DNA from: Escherichia coli
Lineage (GTDB): Bacteria; Pseudomonadota; Gammaproteobacteria; Enterobacterales; Enterobacteriaceae
Reading direction: 5' to 3' (one strand)
NCBI RefSeq assembly: GCF_013315695.1
Contig: NZ_CP054353.1
DNA: 64,000 bases
The position numbers and the translations under genes were made by a program. Of this stretch, positions 33,684 to 43,164 are shown piece after piece (position 1 is the stretch's first letter; the number at the start of each line of letters is the position of its first letter). Below the pieces are notes generated by a model that did not search any database, was not told the origin of the DNA, and saw only the letters and a program-made list of their open reading frames with translations.

Positions 33684-36128
33684 TTACACCTTTTCAACCT
33701 GAACAAGGTTTGTATGTGACGGATTCCCCTTAGCGAGAGGAGACGGACGTTGAGTGGTCAGTACGTTGATACAACCGCCCTTATCGACACGTTTTGTATC
33801 CGGGTCATACCAGGCACCTTCACCCAGTGCGACCACACCCGGCATCATTCGTGGCGTCACTTTCGCCTCAATATGAACCTCACCACGATCGTTAAAAATC
33901 CTGACTTTATCGCCGTTGTTGATACCGCGTTTTTGCGCATCAAGCGGGTTGATCCACATTTCCTGACGGCAAGCTGCTTTCAGCACATCAACGTTGCCGT
34001 AAGTTGAGTGAACGCGAGATTTATAGTGGAAACCCGTAAGCTGCAGCGGATACTGTTTGTTCAGCGGATCCTGATAACTTTCAAAGCCCGGCGTGTAGAT
34101 CGGCAGTGGATCGATCACATCACCTTCTGGCAATTCCCAGGTCGCGGCAATGTCAGCCAGCGCCTGCGAATAAATCTCAATTTTCCCCGATGGCGTGGTC
34201 AGTGGATTTGCCTGCGGATCTTCACGGAAAGCTTTATAAGCAACGTGATGCCCTTGTGGGTCGCGCTTTTTAAAGATCCCCTGCTTACGGAACTCTTCAA
34301 ACGTTGGCAGTTCAGGAATCGCTTCCCGCGACTGGGCATACAGATGCCGCATCCACTCTTCCTGGGTACGGCCCTCAGTAAACTGTTGCTCAACGCCAAG
34401 ACGTTTTGCCAGTTCGCTGGTCATTTCATAGATGGTCTTACATTCAAAGCGTGGTTTAATCACCTGATCGTTGAAAATCACGTAAGACATATTCCCGCAG
34501 GATGCATCCAGCGCAAAGTCCATCTGTTCGGAAGCGGTGCAGTCAGGCAGCAGGATGTCAGCGTATTTCGCCGATGAGGTCATGTGGCAGTCGATAACCA
34601 CAATCAGCTCGCACTTCTTATCATCCTGAAGGATTTCATGGGTACGGTTGATTTCAGAATGCTGATTAATCAGGCAGTTACCGGCATAGTTCCAGATCAT
34701 TTTGATCGGCACATCCAGCTTATCTTTCCCGCGCACACCATCACGCAGCGCTGTCATTTCCGGGCCACGTTCAATGGCATCGGTCCACATAAACATCGAA
34801 ATGCTGGTCTGGATCGGGTTTTCGAGGGTCGGCATACGGACAAACGGTAAGCTGTATGAACCTTCACGCGCGCCGCTGTTGCCTCCGTTAATACCAACGT
34901 TACCGGTCAGAATCGCCAGCATCGAGATAGCACGGGTTGCGATTTCACCGTTAGCGTGACGCTGCGGGCCCCATCCCTGGCTGATAAACGCCGGTTTGGT
35001 ACTACCGATTTCACGAGCCAATTTGATGATTTTGTCTGCCGGAACACCAGTGATTTGCGAGGCCCATTCCGGCGTTTTAGCCACGCCATCTGGCCCTTCA
35101 CCCAGAATATAAGCTTTATAGTGACCATTTTTCGGCGCACTGGCTGGCAGTGTTTTCTCGTCGTAGCCAACGCAATATTTATCGAGGAATGCCTGATCCA
35201 CCAGGTTTTCGGTGATCATGACATACGCCAGACCGTTAACCAGTGCGGCATCTGTTCCCGGACGAATAGGGATCCACTCATCTTCGCGCCCGGCACCGGT
35301 GTCGGTATAGCGCGGATCGATGATGATCATGCGAGCATTAGATTTCTGGCGCGCCTGTTCAAGATAGTAAGTCACCCCACCGCCACTCATTCGCGTTTCG
35401 CCAGGGTTATTACCAAACAGCACTACCAGTTTACTGTTTTCGATATCCGACGGGCTGTTACCATCTGCCCAGCCGCCGTAGGTATAGTTCAAACCTTCCG
35501 CAATTTGCGCGGAAGAGTAGTCACCGTAATGGTTCAGATAACCGCCGCAGCAGTTCATCAGGCGAGCGACCAGGGTATTTCCCGGCGGCCAGGAGCGGGT
35601 CATGGTGCCGCCCAGCGTACCGGTACCATAGTTCAGATAGATAGACTCGTTGCCGTACTCTTTGATCAGGCGCTGCATATTGGTCGCGATGATGTCGTAG
35701 GCTTCTTCCCAGCTAATGCGCTCGAATTTGCCTTCACCGCGCGCCCCGACTCGTTTCATCGGATATTTCAGGCGGTCCGGATTGTAGACACGGCGACGCA
35801 TGGAACGCCCACGCAGACAGGCGCGCACCTGGTGCAGGCCGTCATAGTTGTCATCGCCGGTATTATCCGTTTCAACATATTTAATTTCACCGTCCACAAC
35901 GTGCATACGTAGCGGGCAGCGGCTACCACAGTTAACTGTACAGGCGCTCCAGATTACCTTTTCGTCTGACTTTGCCGGAAGGGCACTATCAACAGCGTGC
36001 GCAATCCGACTAAAAGGTAATGTTAATGCGCTGCTGGCCATTGCCAGGCCGCCGATCGCTGTCGTTTTTACCAAACCACGGCGACTCACCTCAGCAGCCA
36101 ATACCGCATCAGGGATTTTCGTTTTCAT
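33684..36128 (-). CDS. dmsA: DMSO reductase catalytic molybdopterin subunit
   Basis: 814-aa ORF with twin-arginine signal MKTKIPDAVLAAEVSRRGLVKTT. Confidence 0.95.
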   Translation of the reverse strand: MKTKIPDAVLAAEVSRRGLVKTTAIGGLAMASSALTLPFSRIAHAVDSALPAKSDEKVIWSACTVNCGSRCPLRMHVVDGEIKYVETDNTGDDNYDGLHQVRACLRGRSMRRRVYNPDRLKYPMKRVGARGEGKFERISWEEAYDIIATNMQRLIKEYGNESIYLNYGTGTLGGTMTRSWPPGNTLVARLMNCCGGYLNHYGDYSSAQIAEGLNYTYGGWADGNSPSDIENSKLVVLFGNNPGETRMSGGGVTYYLEQARQKSNARMIIIDPRYTDTGAGREDEWIPIRPGTDAALVNGLAYVMITENLVDQAFLDKYCVGYDEKTLPASAPKNGHYKAYILGEGPDGVAKTPEWASQITGVPADKIIKLAREIGSTKPAFISQGWGPQRHANGEIATRAISMLAILTGNVGINGGNSGAREGSYSLPFVRMPTLENPIQTSISMFMWTDAIERGPEMTALRDGVRGKDKLDVPIKMIWNYAGNCLINQHSEINRTHEILQDDKKCELIVVIDCHMTSSAKYADILLPDCTASEQMDFALDASCGNMSYVIFNDQVIKPRFECKTIYEMTSELAKRLGVEQQFTEGRTQEEWMRHLYAQSREAIPELPTFEEFRKQGIFKKRDPQGHHVAYKAFREDPQANPLTTPSGKIEIYSQALADIAATWELPEGDVIDPLPIYTPGFESYQDPLNKQYPLQLTGFHYKSRVHSTYGNVDVLKAACRQEMWINPLDAQKRGINNGDKVRIFNDRGEVHIEAKVTPRMMPGVVALGEGAWYDPDTKRVDKGGCINVLTTQRPSPLAKGNPSHTNLVQVEKV

Positions 36129-36427
36129 AATGGCTCACTCAAGCTTGCTCACGATTGATTCCAGTAACAAACCGTATTGTGTAATTATTTCTATAGCAGG
36201 TCGCTATATAGGATTGTATATATCGAATAATTTGAAAATCAAAGAGATAGGTAGATTTTCACTCGAAAGTAGTATTACGTGTAAGTGAGGAGTAATTATT
36301 GTTCGGTATCAAAGGGAGACAAAAAAAGCGCCCGCAGGAGATTTAACACACCTTACTCCCCTTGATGATTTACTTATTTTTCAATGACTAAATCAAAACA
36401 AGGGGAGCAAATTAACGCAAATTACAA
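36129..36427. promoter_or_regulatory. dmsA upstream region containing the presumed prophage attachment junction
   Basis: AT-rich 300-bp spacer between dmsA start and the 3' end of the phage integrase; segment AAAAAAAGCGCCCGCAGGAGATTT at about 36321-36344 partly resembles a P2-type att core as I recall it. Confidence 0.3.
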
Positions 36428-37420
36428 CTAGTCAATGGACAGTTTATGGACACTATCAGCCAGCGGATTAAAGCTAATCGCATCCTGTAAAAAGTCCGGT
36501 GAAAAATGCGCATACGTCATCGTTTGTTGAATCGTGGCGTGCCCAAGGATTCGCTGTAACGTAACGATATTTCCGCCGTTCATCATGAAATGCGTGGCGA
36601 ACGTGTGACGCATAACGTGAGTCGCCTGACCTTTGGGTAAATCCGGTTTCACCTCCTGAAGGATATCCCGAAAACGGATGTAATCAGCCTGGTACAATAG
36701 CCCGGTTTTTCGGGTTTTTATCAACGAAAGCACCGTATCAGAAACAGGAACCGCGCGGGATTTTCCATTCTTTGTGTTAAAGAACATTACGCGGTTACCA
36801 ACGATATGCTCACCACGTAAGCCAGCTGCTTCCCCCCACCTTGCGCCAGTGGAAAGACACAGAACAGCAACACGACGCGCATCCCCCTCGAGTCGTTCAA
36901 GCAGCCGATCAATCTCATCATCTGAAAGAAAGGCCATTTCTGTATTCCTGACCTTGAGCTTACGTATTCCACGCACCGGGTTTTCGTTATGGAAAACCTC
37001 CGCATCAATCAACGCAGTAAACATTGCAGACAAGGCGCACAAATCACGATTAACACTGGAGGGCATTAATCCGGCCTGTAATTTGTCTGAACGATACCCG
37101 AGCATAAACTTTCGCGTCATCTCACTGGCGCGGGGGTCCCTCATCTCACGGTTTATTTTTTCCAGCCTGACCCTGTAAGTATCCCCGTAAGGCTGATTCC
37201 GGCCATCAAGCACCCACCAGGCATCTATCAGTTCGGATAACCGACGCTGATCAGCTGGCTTGGCCTGCCACGGTTTATCGTGGAAATTCTGCAAAACATA
37301 CCTTTCAAACTCCTGTGCCTTTGACTTCAGGGTAAAAATCTTACGGATCCGCTTTCCTTCCGTCCCTTGCGGTCTTACATCAACCTTATAACGCCCGTCT
37401 TTGAGTTGCTTAATCGACAT
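36428..37420 (-). CDS. int: P2-type tyrosine integrase
   Basis: Start MSIKQLKDGRYKVDVRPQG; C-terminal tyrosine-recombinase catalytic motifs HVMRHTFATHF and LGHATIQQTMTYAH. Confidence 0.9.
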   Translation of the reverse strand: MSIKQLKDGRYKVDVRPQGTEGKRIRKIFTLKSKAQEFERYVLQNFHDKPWQAKPADQRRLSELIDAWWVLDGRNQPYGDTYRVRLEKINREMRDPRASEMTRKFMLGYRSDKLQAGLMPSSVNRDLCALSAMFTALIDAEVFHNENPVRGIRKLKVRNTEMAFLSDDEIDRLLERLEGDARRVAVLCLSTGARWGEAAGLRGEHIVGNRVMFFNTKNGKSRAVPVSDTVLSLIKTRKTGLLYQADYIRFRDILQEVKPDLPKGQATHVMRHTFATHFMMNGGNIVTLQRILGHATIQQTMTYAHFSPDFLQDAISFNPLADSVHKLSID

Positions 37421-37489
37421 GATTAGCCCCTCCAACGGATGAATCAGCCGTACACTCTCTACGGGATGAAACCCGCTCGATGTACAGCG

Positions 37490-37831
37490 TTAGCCAGCAT
37501 TGCGACGAGATCGGGGTGATTTTTGGGTAATGCCGATTGAAACCTGATCGCCCTCCGACTGAATGGAGCCATCAAGAGAGAGAGCCGGAGCTATCTGACC
37601 GGCAGCAGGCATTGTCTTATCTTTTATTAGCCACATCATGTATTTTTCAAACCGATCAACTTGGAGAACCATCTCAACAATTTTGGCTCTGGCGCTTTTT
37701 TGCCCTGATTCATAGTTCCTTATGGCAGCTAAAGACAACCCCGTAATATCCGCAAATTCCTTTTGCGTTAGCCCTTCAGCCTTGCGTATTTGACGTAGCT
37801 TTTTTGCATAGTCTATTGACAAGATAACCAT
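37490..37831 (-). CDS. P2 C-like immunity repressor (HTH)
   Basis: 113-aa ORF with HTH LTQKEFADITGLSLAAIRNYESG and GQIAPAL motif; adjacent to int in the same orientation. Confidence 0.75.
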   Translation of the reverse strand: MVILSIDYAKKLRQIRKAEGLTQKEFADITGLSLAAIRNYESGQKSARAKIVEMVLQVDRFEKYMMWLIKDKTMPAAGQIAPALSLDGSIQSEGDQVSIGITQKSPRSRRNAG

Positions 37832-37935
37832 TTGAGTATTAACCTCTCGCGAAAGATACTCGTGCGAGTATCTTTTATAAACCTAAACAAACCTTCATGA
37901 GGCGCGACAAGCGCACCAACGCAAGAGGATAGCAA
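37832..37935. promoter_or_regulatory. divergent lysogenic/early promoter switch region
   Basis: About 100-bp spacer between the divergent repressor and cox-like genes. Confidence 0.5.
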
Positions 37936-38460
37936 ATGCGGAAGTCAATTGCCGATAAAGAGTTATCTGACACACAAGCCCTTCAGGAAAACGACAGCAT
38001 CACCGAATCCGTTGGCGCGGCAAACGACGATGAACACCAAGAGGAAAAGAAAAAACGCACCTACAAAAAAGGGGCAACCTTGCGACTAGATGGCCCGGTA
38101 GCCGGACTTTGCTCACTTGAAAAAGGGGCAGCCTATATCGGGTTGACAAAAGCTGCATTGCGCGTGGCGCTTCAGCGAAATCAGATGCCTGGACACAAGA
38201 CCCGTTCAAACCCTGAAGATGAAAATTCGGATGGCGTGTGGTGGTTTAACGCCAGAGAGTGGGACAAGCTGGCTGACGAACTACCAGAATGCGAGCCGCC
38301 AGAATGGCACAACTGGAAAAGCTACTGGACATACGACCGACAGAAAAGAAAGTTTTCCCCGGCAAACAAAGAAGACTGCCAGACCATCAATGGAAAGCGG
38401 GTTTACACAGGAAGAAAGTCAAAACTGGAGCAACACCAATACAGTGGAGGCAACCAGTGA
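37936..38460 (+). CDS. Cox-like excisionase/regulator with N-terminal extension
   Basis: Region AAYIGLTKAALRVALQRNQMPG...DGVWWFNAREWDKL resembles the Cox HTH plus GEYWVY-type segment; true start may be internal. Confidence 0.5.
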   Translation: MRKSIADKELSDTQALQENDSITESVGAANDDEHQEEKKKRTYKKGATLRLDGPVAGLCSLEKGAAYIGLTKAALRVALQRNQMPGHKTRSNPEDENSDGVWWFNAREWDKLADELPECEPPEWHNWKSYWTYDRQKRKFSPANKEDCQTINGKRVYTGRKSKLEQHQYSGGNQ

Positions 38461-38544
38461 CATCAAAACAAACCGGCAACAGCGAAATCCCAGGAATGAG
38501 ATTTCGCCGCAGATGCTGTGGAAAATGGTTGTTATGCAAGCAGC

Positions 38545-38955
38545 CTACCAGGCTGATGGATGATCATCATCAATATCAAACACATTTCTGTAAAAACGAG
38601 AATGTTGCAAGGGATGAATAAGCGACCCCCAACAATCATAAATATCAGCCAGTTCGAACACATCGTATGAGAGATGTTGAGCAAACGATTCGGCACCTTC
38701 AAAAGACTCAAACACCTCATCATACAAGTGAATGTTTTCAGGATACGAAAGTGACAAGCAAAAACCAGACGTAGATTCCGTAACCAAGAAGACAAGGTGA
38801 TATTTATCATTCACCAGTGACTGAGCACATTTTTTTACAGAGCGAAGAATCACAGGGGAACGCGCGCCAATACGAAAGAGTTCTGCATGAGCACGGGCAT
38901 CAACAAAACTGTGAAACCCCTCACTTCTTGCAAGCTCACGTTCGGCAGCACGCAA
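38545..38955 (-). CDS. hypothetical protein, reverse-oriented inside the early operon
   Basis: 136-aa ORF on the opposite strand to the flanking early genes. Confidence 0.4.
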   Translation of the reverse strand: MRAAERELARSEGFHSFVDARAHAELFRIGARSPVILRSVKKCAQSLVNDKYHLVFLVTESTSGFCLSLSYPENIHLYDEVFESFEGAESFAQHLSYDVFELADIYDCWGSLIHPLQHSRFYRNVFDIDDDHPSAW

Positions 38956-39000
38956 AACCCAAAATCACCGCCCAGATTCGGATGTAAGGATAATTTTCAT

Positions 39001-39264
39001 ATGAATAAAGAGAAATCTCCGGATTATTTTGTGAAACGATTACAGGATGCAACAGAGTCAATGTTGATTGCCCTGAATAATTACTCTTACGAAGAGGCCG
39101 TAACGGTACTTGAGTGGATAAAGGAAAAAATAACGGAAGACAGCATCGTCAAGATGCAGAGTATCAACATCTCCCGTGACAAAACATTTCCACTGCGAAT
39201 ACCGCCAAAACGACGACTGGTTTACTCGATACCAGTCTCAATGCAGTGCAAATTGCCGAAATAG
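39001..39264 (+). CDS. hypothetical early protein
   Basis: 87 aa from MNKEKSPDYFVKRLQD with AAGGA Shine-Dalgarno upstream; divergent from 38545-38955. Confidence 0.4.
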   Translation: MNKEKSPDYFVKRLQDATESMLIALNNYSYEEAVTVLEWIKEKITEDSIVKMQSINISRDKTFPLRIPPKRRLVYSIPVSMQCKLPK

Positions 39265-39359
39265 TTTATGAGAAAACATAAATACTCCTTTGTGTGGTTG
39301 GTTATCGTTACAACAGTTCGGGCAAGAATTGCAAGGCGTAACGAAATTACCACAAAACC

Positions 39360-39761
39360 ATGCGCCGGGCATGGCTAAAAACCCGGCACAAATTCACAGC
39401 AGCAGTAGGGATTTTTATGAAGAAACCGGGAAATTTTTCACAGCAGAATTTTCGAACAAGTGCCGAACGCCACGTTGCACGCCAGCACTTCCGCAAAAAT
39501 AGTGCGACCACAACCACTGAAATCCATGCCACACCAGACGGTCACCCGGTAAAACAAACCGGCAAGCACACCTGGACGATTGGCGACACTGGCATCGTTA
39601 TTCACAAAAGTTTTCGCAGCCCTGTTACTGGCAGATTTAATTTCACCCTGACTCGCGGGGATGATTACTTCGGACAGGACTTCACATTTTTTGAAGCCTT
39701 AAGAACGGCAGACAGATTAATCAGCGGCCTGCGTTTTCAATATCCGGGAAGCAAGCACTGA
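39360..39761 (+). CDS. hypothetical early protein
   Basis: 133-aa ORF, start uncertain. Confidence 0.3.
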   Translation: MRRAWLKTRHKFTAAVGIFMKKPGNFSQQNFRTSAERHVARQHFRKNSATTTTEIHATPDGHPVKQTGKHTWTIGDTGIVIHKSFRSPVTGRFNFTLTRGDDYFGQDFTFFEALRTADRLISGLRFQYPGSKH

Positions 39762-39779
39762 TAAATAAAGGATTCAGCC

Positions 39780-40022
39780 ATGATCGAAGCCTACAAAATA
39801 CTTATCAATAACGCGTTGCAACGTTATCACTTTGAACTCGCAAACCGGGGCGTAACTAAGGATGAAAGCCTTCGTAACTCACTGCGCGGCGCAATTATGG
39901 GGCTATACAACTGCGCACTGGGCAGCGATGACCGTGAAGCGCTGGAAGAATTAAAGTCGATTATGACAGAACTGTTTGAAGGTGAAATTGTTGAGCCTTA
40001 CTTCACAGGGGTAGCCGCATGA
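39780..40022 (+). CDS. hypothetical early protein
   Basis: 80-aa ORF, stop overlaps the next start (ATGA). Confidence 0.45.
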   Translation: MIEAYKILINNALQRYHFELANRGVTKDESLRNSLRGAIMGLYNCALGSDDREALEELKSIMTELFEGEIVEPYFTGVAA

Positions 40023-40141
40023 GCATATTTCTTTCATGGGTAATTCTGATTATCTCCGTGCTTATGGCAATCGGCATTATGCGAATTATCTACACACTGA
40101 AGGATATCGAATTATTCTTTACCGGCGATAAACGCCGTAAA
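40016..40141 (+). CDS. small hydrophobic membrane peptide (41 aa)
   Basis: MSIFLSWVILIISVLMAIGIMRIIYTLKDIELFFTGDKRRK; translationally coupled start; below the ORF-track size cutoff. Confidence 0.35.
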
Positions 40142-40156
40142 TAAAGCGAAAACCTT

Positions 40157-40252
40157 ATGAAGAATGTAAAAGCAATACTCACCATCGCCACTGTATGGGT
40201 GATATTTCAGGTGAGTGCGCTTATCTGGTTAGCCCTGAAGATCTGGGAATAA
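40157..40252 (+). CDS. small hydrophobic membrane peptide (31 aa)
   Basis: MKNVKAILTIATVWVIFQVSALIWLALKIWE. Confidence 0.3.
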   Translation: MKNVKAILTIATVWVIFQVSALIWLALKIWE

Positions 40253-40333
40253 CCTGAAGCCGAAAGCAGGCGCGGAATAACACCAGAAAACACACGAGCA
40301 ATTAATTAAGGCATTCATGCCTTCGGGTTCCCT

Positions 40334-40588
40334 TTGTCTTTTTTCAGGAGTCAACAAATGAGAACAGCCGAATCACCCGGCAGAAAAATAACCGCCAGAC
40401 CAGCTAACCATCATGCACATATCAGCATTGCCGCAAGAAAAGCCGAGCGTGCGCATATCTGCGAATTGCTGCATGACCTGGTTAACACAGCGAGAGAGAA
40501 GCACACCTCCCCGGAGGAAACCTGTTCATCCATTGAACGACTGATTGCAATACTCGCCAACCCAGACGAACTGAAGGGGTGCGCATAA
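40334..40588 (+). CDS. hypothetical early protein
   Basis: 84-aa ORF, stop overlaps the exonuclease start. Confidence 0.35.
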   Translation: MSFFRSQQMRTAESPGRKITARPANHHAHISIAARKAERAHICELLHDLVNTAREKHTSPEETCSSIERLIAILANPDELKGCA

Positions 40589-41169
40589 TGAACCATCTCA
40601 TGATTGACACCGAAACACTGGGTAACGGACCGGACGCAGCCATATTCACGATTGGGGCGGTGTTTTTCGACCCGTTCACCGGAAAGCTGGGCAAGCAGTT
40701 TGAGAAATTCATCGACCCGGTGGATTCAGAACGCAACGGCGGAACCGTCAATGCAGCCACCGCTGTATGGTGGGCCGGACAATCCGTGGAAGCCAGAGCC
40801 TGCCTGCGCAACGCAGATGGAACAGAGCTGGCAGCAGTGACCGAATTTCTGGCGTTCATTTCACGCAATATGCATGACGAAAGCCCGGGCAATTCACTGA
40901 ACATATGGTGTAAGGGCGCATCCTTCGATTTCCCGATCCTGAAATCCGCCATAACACGCACAGCCGGAGAAAAAAGCATCCCCTGGTGCTACTGGAACGA
41001 GCGCTGTATGCGCCCGCTTATCGCCATGGCTGAATCAACTGGATGGAAAATGCCAGGCAGATCAGGCAAAGAGACCATTGCTCACACCGCGCTGGGCGAC
41101 GCCGTTTACCAGGCAAAGGTCGTGTCAGAAATCTGGCAGCGCTTCACAACACCATTCCTGAACATATGA
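40579..41169 (+). CDS. DnaQ-like 3'-5' exonuclease
   Basis: 196 aa, Exo I motif MIDTETLG near N-terminus and later HTALGDAV. Confidence 0.7.
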   Translation: MRIMNHLMIDTETLGNGPDAAIFTIGAVFFDPFTGKLGKQFEKFIDPVDSERNGGTVNAATAVWWAGQSVEARACLRNADGTELAAVTEFLAFISRNMHDESPGNSLNIWCKGASFDFPILKSAITRTAGEKSIPWCYWNERCMRPLIAMAESTGWKMPGRSGKETIAHTALGDAVYQAKVVSEIWQRFTTPFLNI

Positions 41170-41402
41170 GGTGAAGCCATGGTCGCCATCCTGAATGTGT
41201 GTTGCTGCCCCCCCCTGAACGTGGAAAGAAAAGCCCGCGCATCGCTGCGTTTATTCCGCGACGGCGTGCGGAATTTTTCACGCATAAAACCCCACGACTA
41301 CCTGGTAATAAGAATCGGTTTTCGCTGGCGATTGCTGAGCAAAAACAACGGGGCGTCATGGGATTTATTAACGCACGAAACCTATAACAAAGAGGCCGCG
41401 TT

Positions 41403-42347
41403 ATGAGCAAAGAACTGTTATCCGGCACGCCGCTTAAATGGGTGGGCGGAAAAAGTCGCATCATGAACACACTGAAGGCGCATCTGCCAGAAGCAGACTG
41501 CCTGGTTGAGCCGTTTGTGGGTGGCGCATCGGTATTCATGAACACCAGTTACAAGCGTTACATCCTGGGTGATTCCAATGGTGCGCTGATTAATTTCTAC
41601 CGGCAAGCCAGGGACAACACCGACAGCCTGATCGACGAGGCGAAAACCCTGTTCCTGAACCACAACAACAGGGGTGACTATCTCATCATTCGCGAAACCT
41701 TTAACGCAGAGAATCATGCCTTCCTGAACAGCAGAACGGGAATAAGCGACCGCCGTGAACTGCGACTGGCCGCCATGTTTTTGTACCTGAACCGACACAG
41801 CTTTAACGGTTTGTTCCGCGTGAACGGAAAAGGCGATTTTAACGTGCCTTTCGGCTGCTACCGCAAGCCCTACTTCCCTGAGCGTGAAATCCGCGCATTT
41901 GCAGACAAGGCAAACAGCACCCGAACGCTGCTTATCCACGCAGATTTTAAGGATACGCTGAACTCTGCCAGTCACCTGTTCGGCATGGGCAACACGCTTT
42001 GCGTGTACTGCGATCCCCCTTACCTGCAATTCAGTGGCCGGGACAATTTTACCGCCTACGGAAAACCATTCGATGAAGACGAGCACGTTCGTCTGAGGGC
42101 AGCGCTCGACCGCCTTTCACAGGAAACGGGCGGCATGACCAGCATCACCATCTCCAATTCCGACACACCGGAAACACGACGCATTTATCGGGGTTACCGG
42201 ATGAACTGCATACAGGCACCACGAAGCGTTGGCGCAAGAACCCGGGAATCAGCACCGGAGGTTATCGCCACCCTGAGATGCATCACATCCGCCTTATCAA
42301 CGGTTCGCACTTCTGCGCCACGAACATGGAAGAAGTACGCGTGCTGA
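41403..42347 (+). CDS. dam: DNA N6-adenine methyltransferase (Dam-like)
   Basis: 314 aa with CDPPY catalytic motif and FVGGASVF SAM-binding region. Confidence 0.85.
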   Translation: MSKELLSGTPLKWVGGKSRIMNTLKAHLPEADCLVEPFVGGASVFMNTSYKRYILGDSNGALINFYRQARDNTDSLIDEAKTLFLNHNNRGDYLIIRETFNAENHAFLNSRTGISDRRELRLAAMFLYLNRHSFNGLFRVNGKGDFNVPFGCYRKPYFPEREIRAFADKANSTRTLLIHADFKDTLNSASHLFGMGNTLCVYCDPPYLQFSGRDNFTAYGKPFDEDEHVRLRAALDRLSQETGGMTSITISNSDTPETRRIYRGYRMNCIQAPRSVGARTRESAPEVIATLRCITSALSTVRTSAPRTWKKYAC

Positions 42348-42375
42348 CAGCAACACGCAATACGGGAGGTAAAGC

Positions 42376-42726
42376 ATGGCAGTGATTTATATCGCCGGTC
42401 CCATGACCGGATGCAAAGACCACAACAGGACGGCATTTTGCGTGGAGGACCTGAAACTTCGGTGCGCCGGAAACATCGTTCTTAATCCTGCCGTACTGCC
42501 TGACGGATTAAGCCAGCAGCAGTACATGAGTATTTGTATTCCGATGCTCATGTGCGCCGATGCCATTTACTTACTGGATGGATGGGAAGAGTCCGCTGGC
42601 GCACGGGCTGAGTACGCAATGGCGCTCAAACTGAACATGCATGTGTCATTCCCGGAAAACCGGGCAGCCGGCGAAACCGTCGCGCAGCTGCTTCACAAAT
42701 CAAAAGCCGCACAGGCGACTGAGTAA
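42376..42726 (+). CDS. nucleoside 2-deoxyribosyltransferase-like / DUF4406-like small protein
   Basis: 116 aa starting MAVIYIAGPMTG (Rossmann-like YxAGP motif). Confidence 0.45.
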   Translation: MAVIYIAGPMTGCKDHNRTAFCVEDLKLRCAGNIVLNPAVLPDGLSQQQYMSICIPMLMCADAIYLLDGWEESAGARAEYAMALKLNMHVSFPENRAAGETVAQLLHKSKAAQATE

Positions 42727-43164
42727 CCGACCGGAGATCGAAACATGATTGCGCGCAGAGCTACCAACCGTCTCACAGGCTTTATTCCAGGCAAGGTTGA
42801 TCATGCACTCCATCACGGGGCTGTCACTTTCCTCAACAAAGGAGAGGCGCGCAATCATGCATTCCGGGGTGAGCATGTGGCGCTGGCTAATCAGTCTTTG
42901 ATAGCTAAGCGCCTGCCATTCAGCCTTTTCAGCTCTGATAGAAAGAGAGGAAGCCATGACCTGCCACACCAGAAAGAGCACCACACTGGCGAAAACAAAC
43001 GTTGCGCTGTCGCAAAAAATGAATGCGGCAACAATCGCAAGGAAAGCGCTAATCCTCAGAACCAAGGAAGCGCGACGGTGGAGAAGGCTTGTCATGTGTT
43101 CAAGCCAGTAGCTGTACCACAGGTCAAAAAGAATTTCGTAATCAGAAGGGAGCTTATCACTCAT
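42700..43164 (-). CDS. hypothetical membrane protein, convergent with the dam module
   Basis: About 154 aa from MSDKLPSDYEILFDLWYSYW with two hydrophobic helices; start lies 16 bp from the left edge of the tandem repeat. Confidence 0.4.
   Translation of the reverse strand: MSDKLPSDYEILFDLWYSYWLEHMTSLLHRRASLVLRISAFLAIVAAFIFCDSATFVFASVVLFLVWQVMASSLSIRAEKAEWQALSYQRLISQRHMLTPECMIARLSFVEESDSPVMECMINLAWNKACETVGSSARNHVSISGRLLSRLCGF

Noticed and set aside
34956-35912. 318-aa ORF antisense within dmsA
   Set aside because: Embedded opposite a conserved core gene; no independent support.
36129-36427. tRNA gene at the prophage integration site
   Set aside because: The interval is AT-rich without tRNA-like stems; P2-type integrases commonly use non-tRNA sites.
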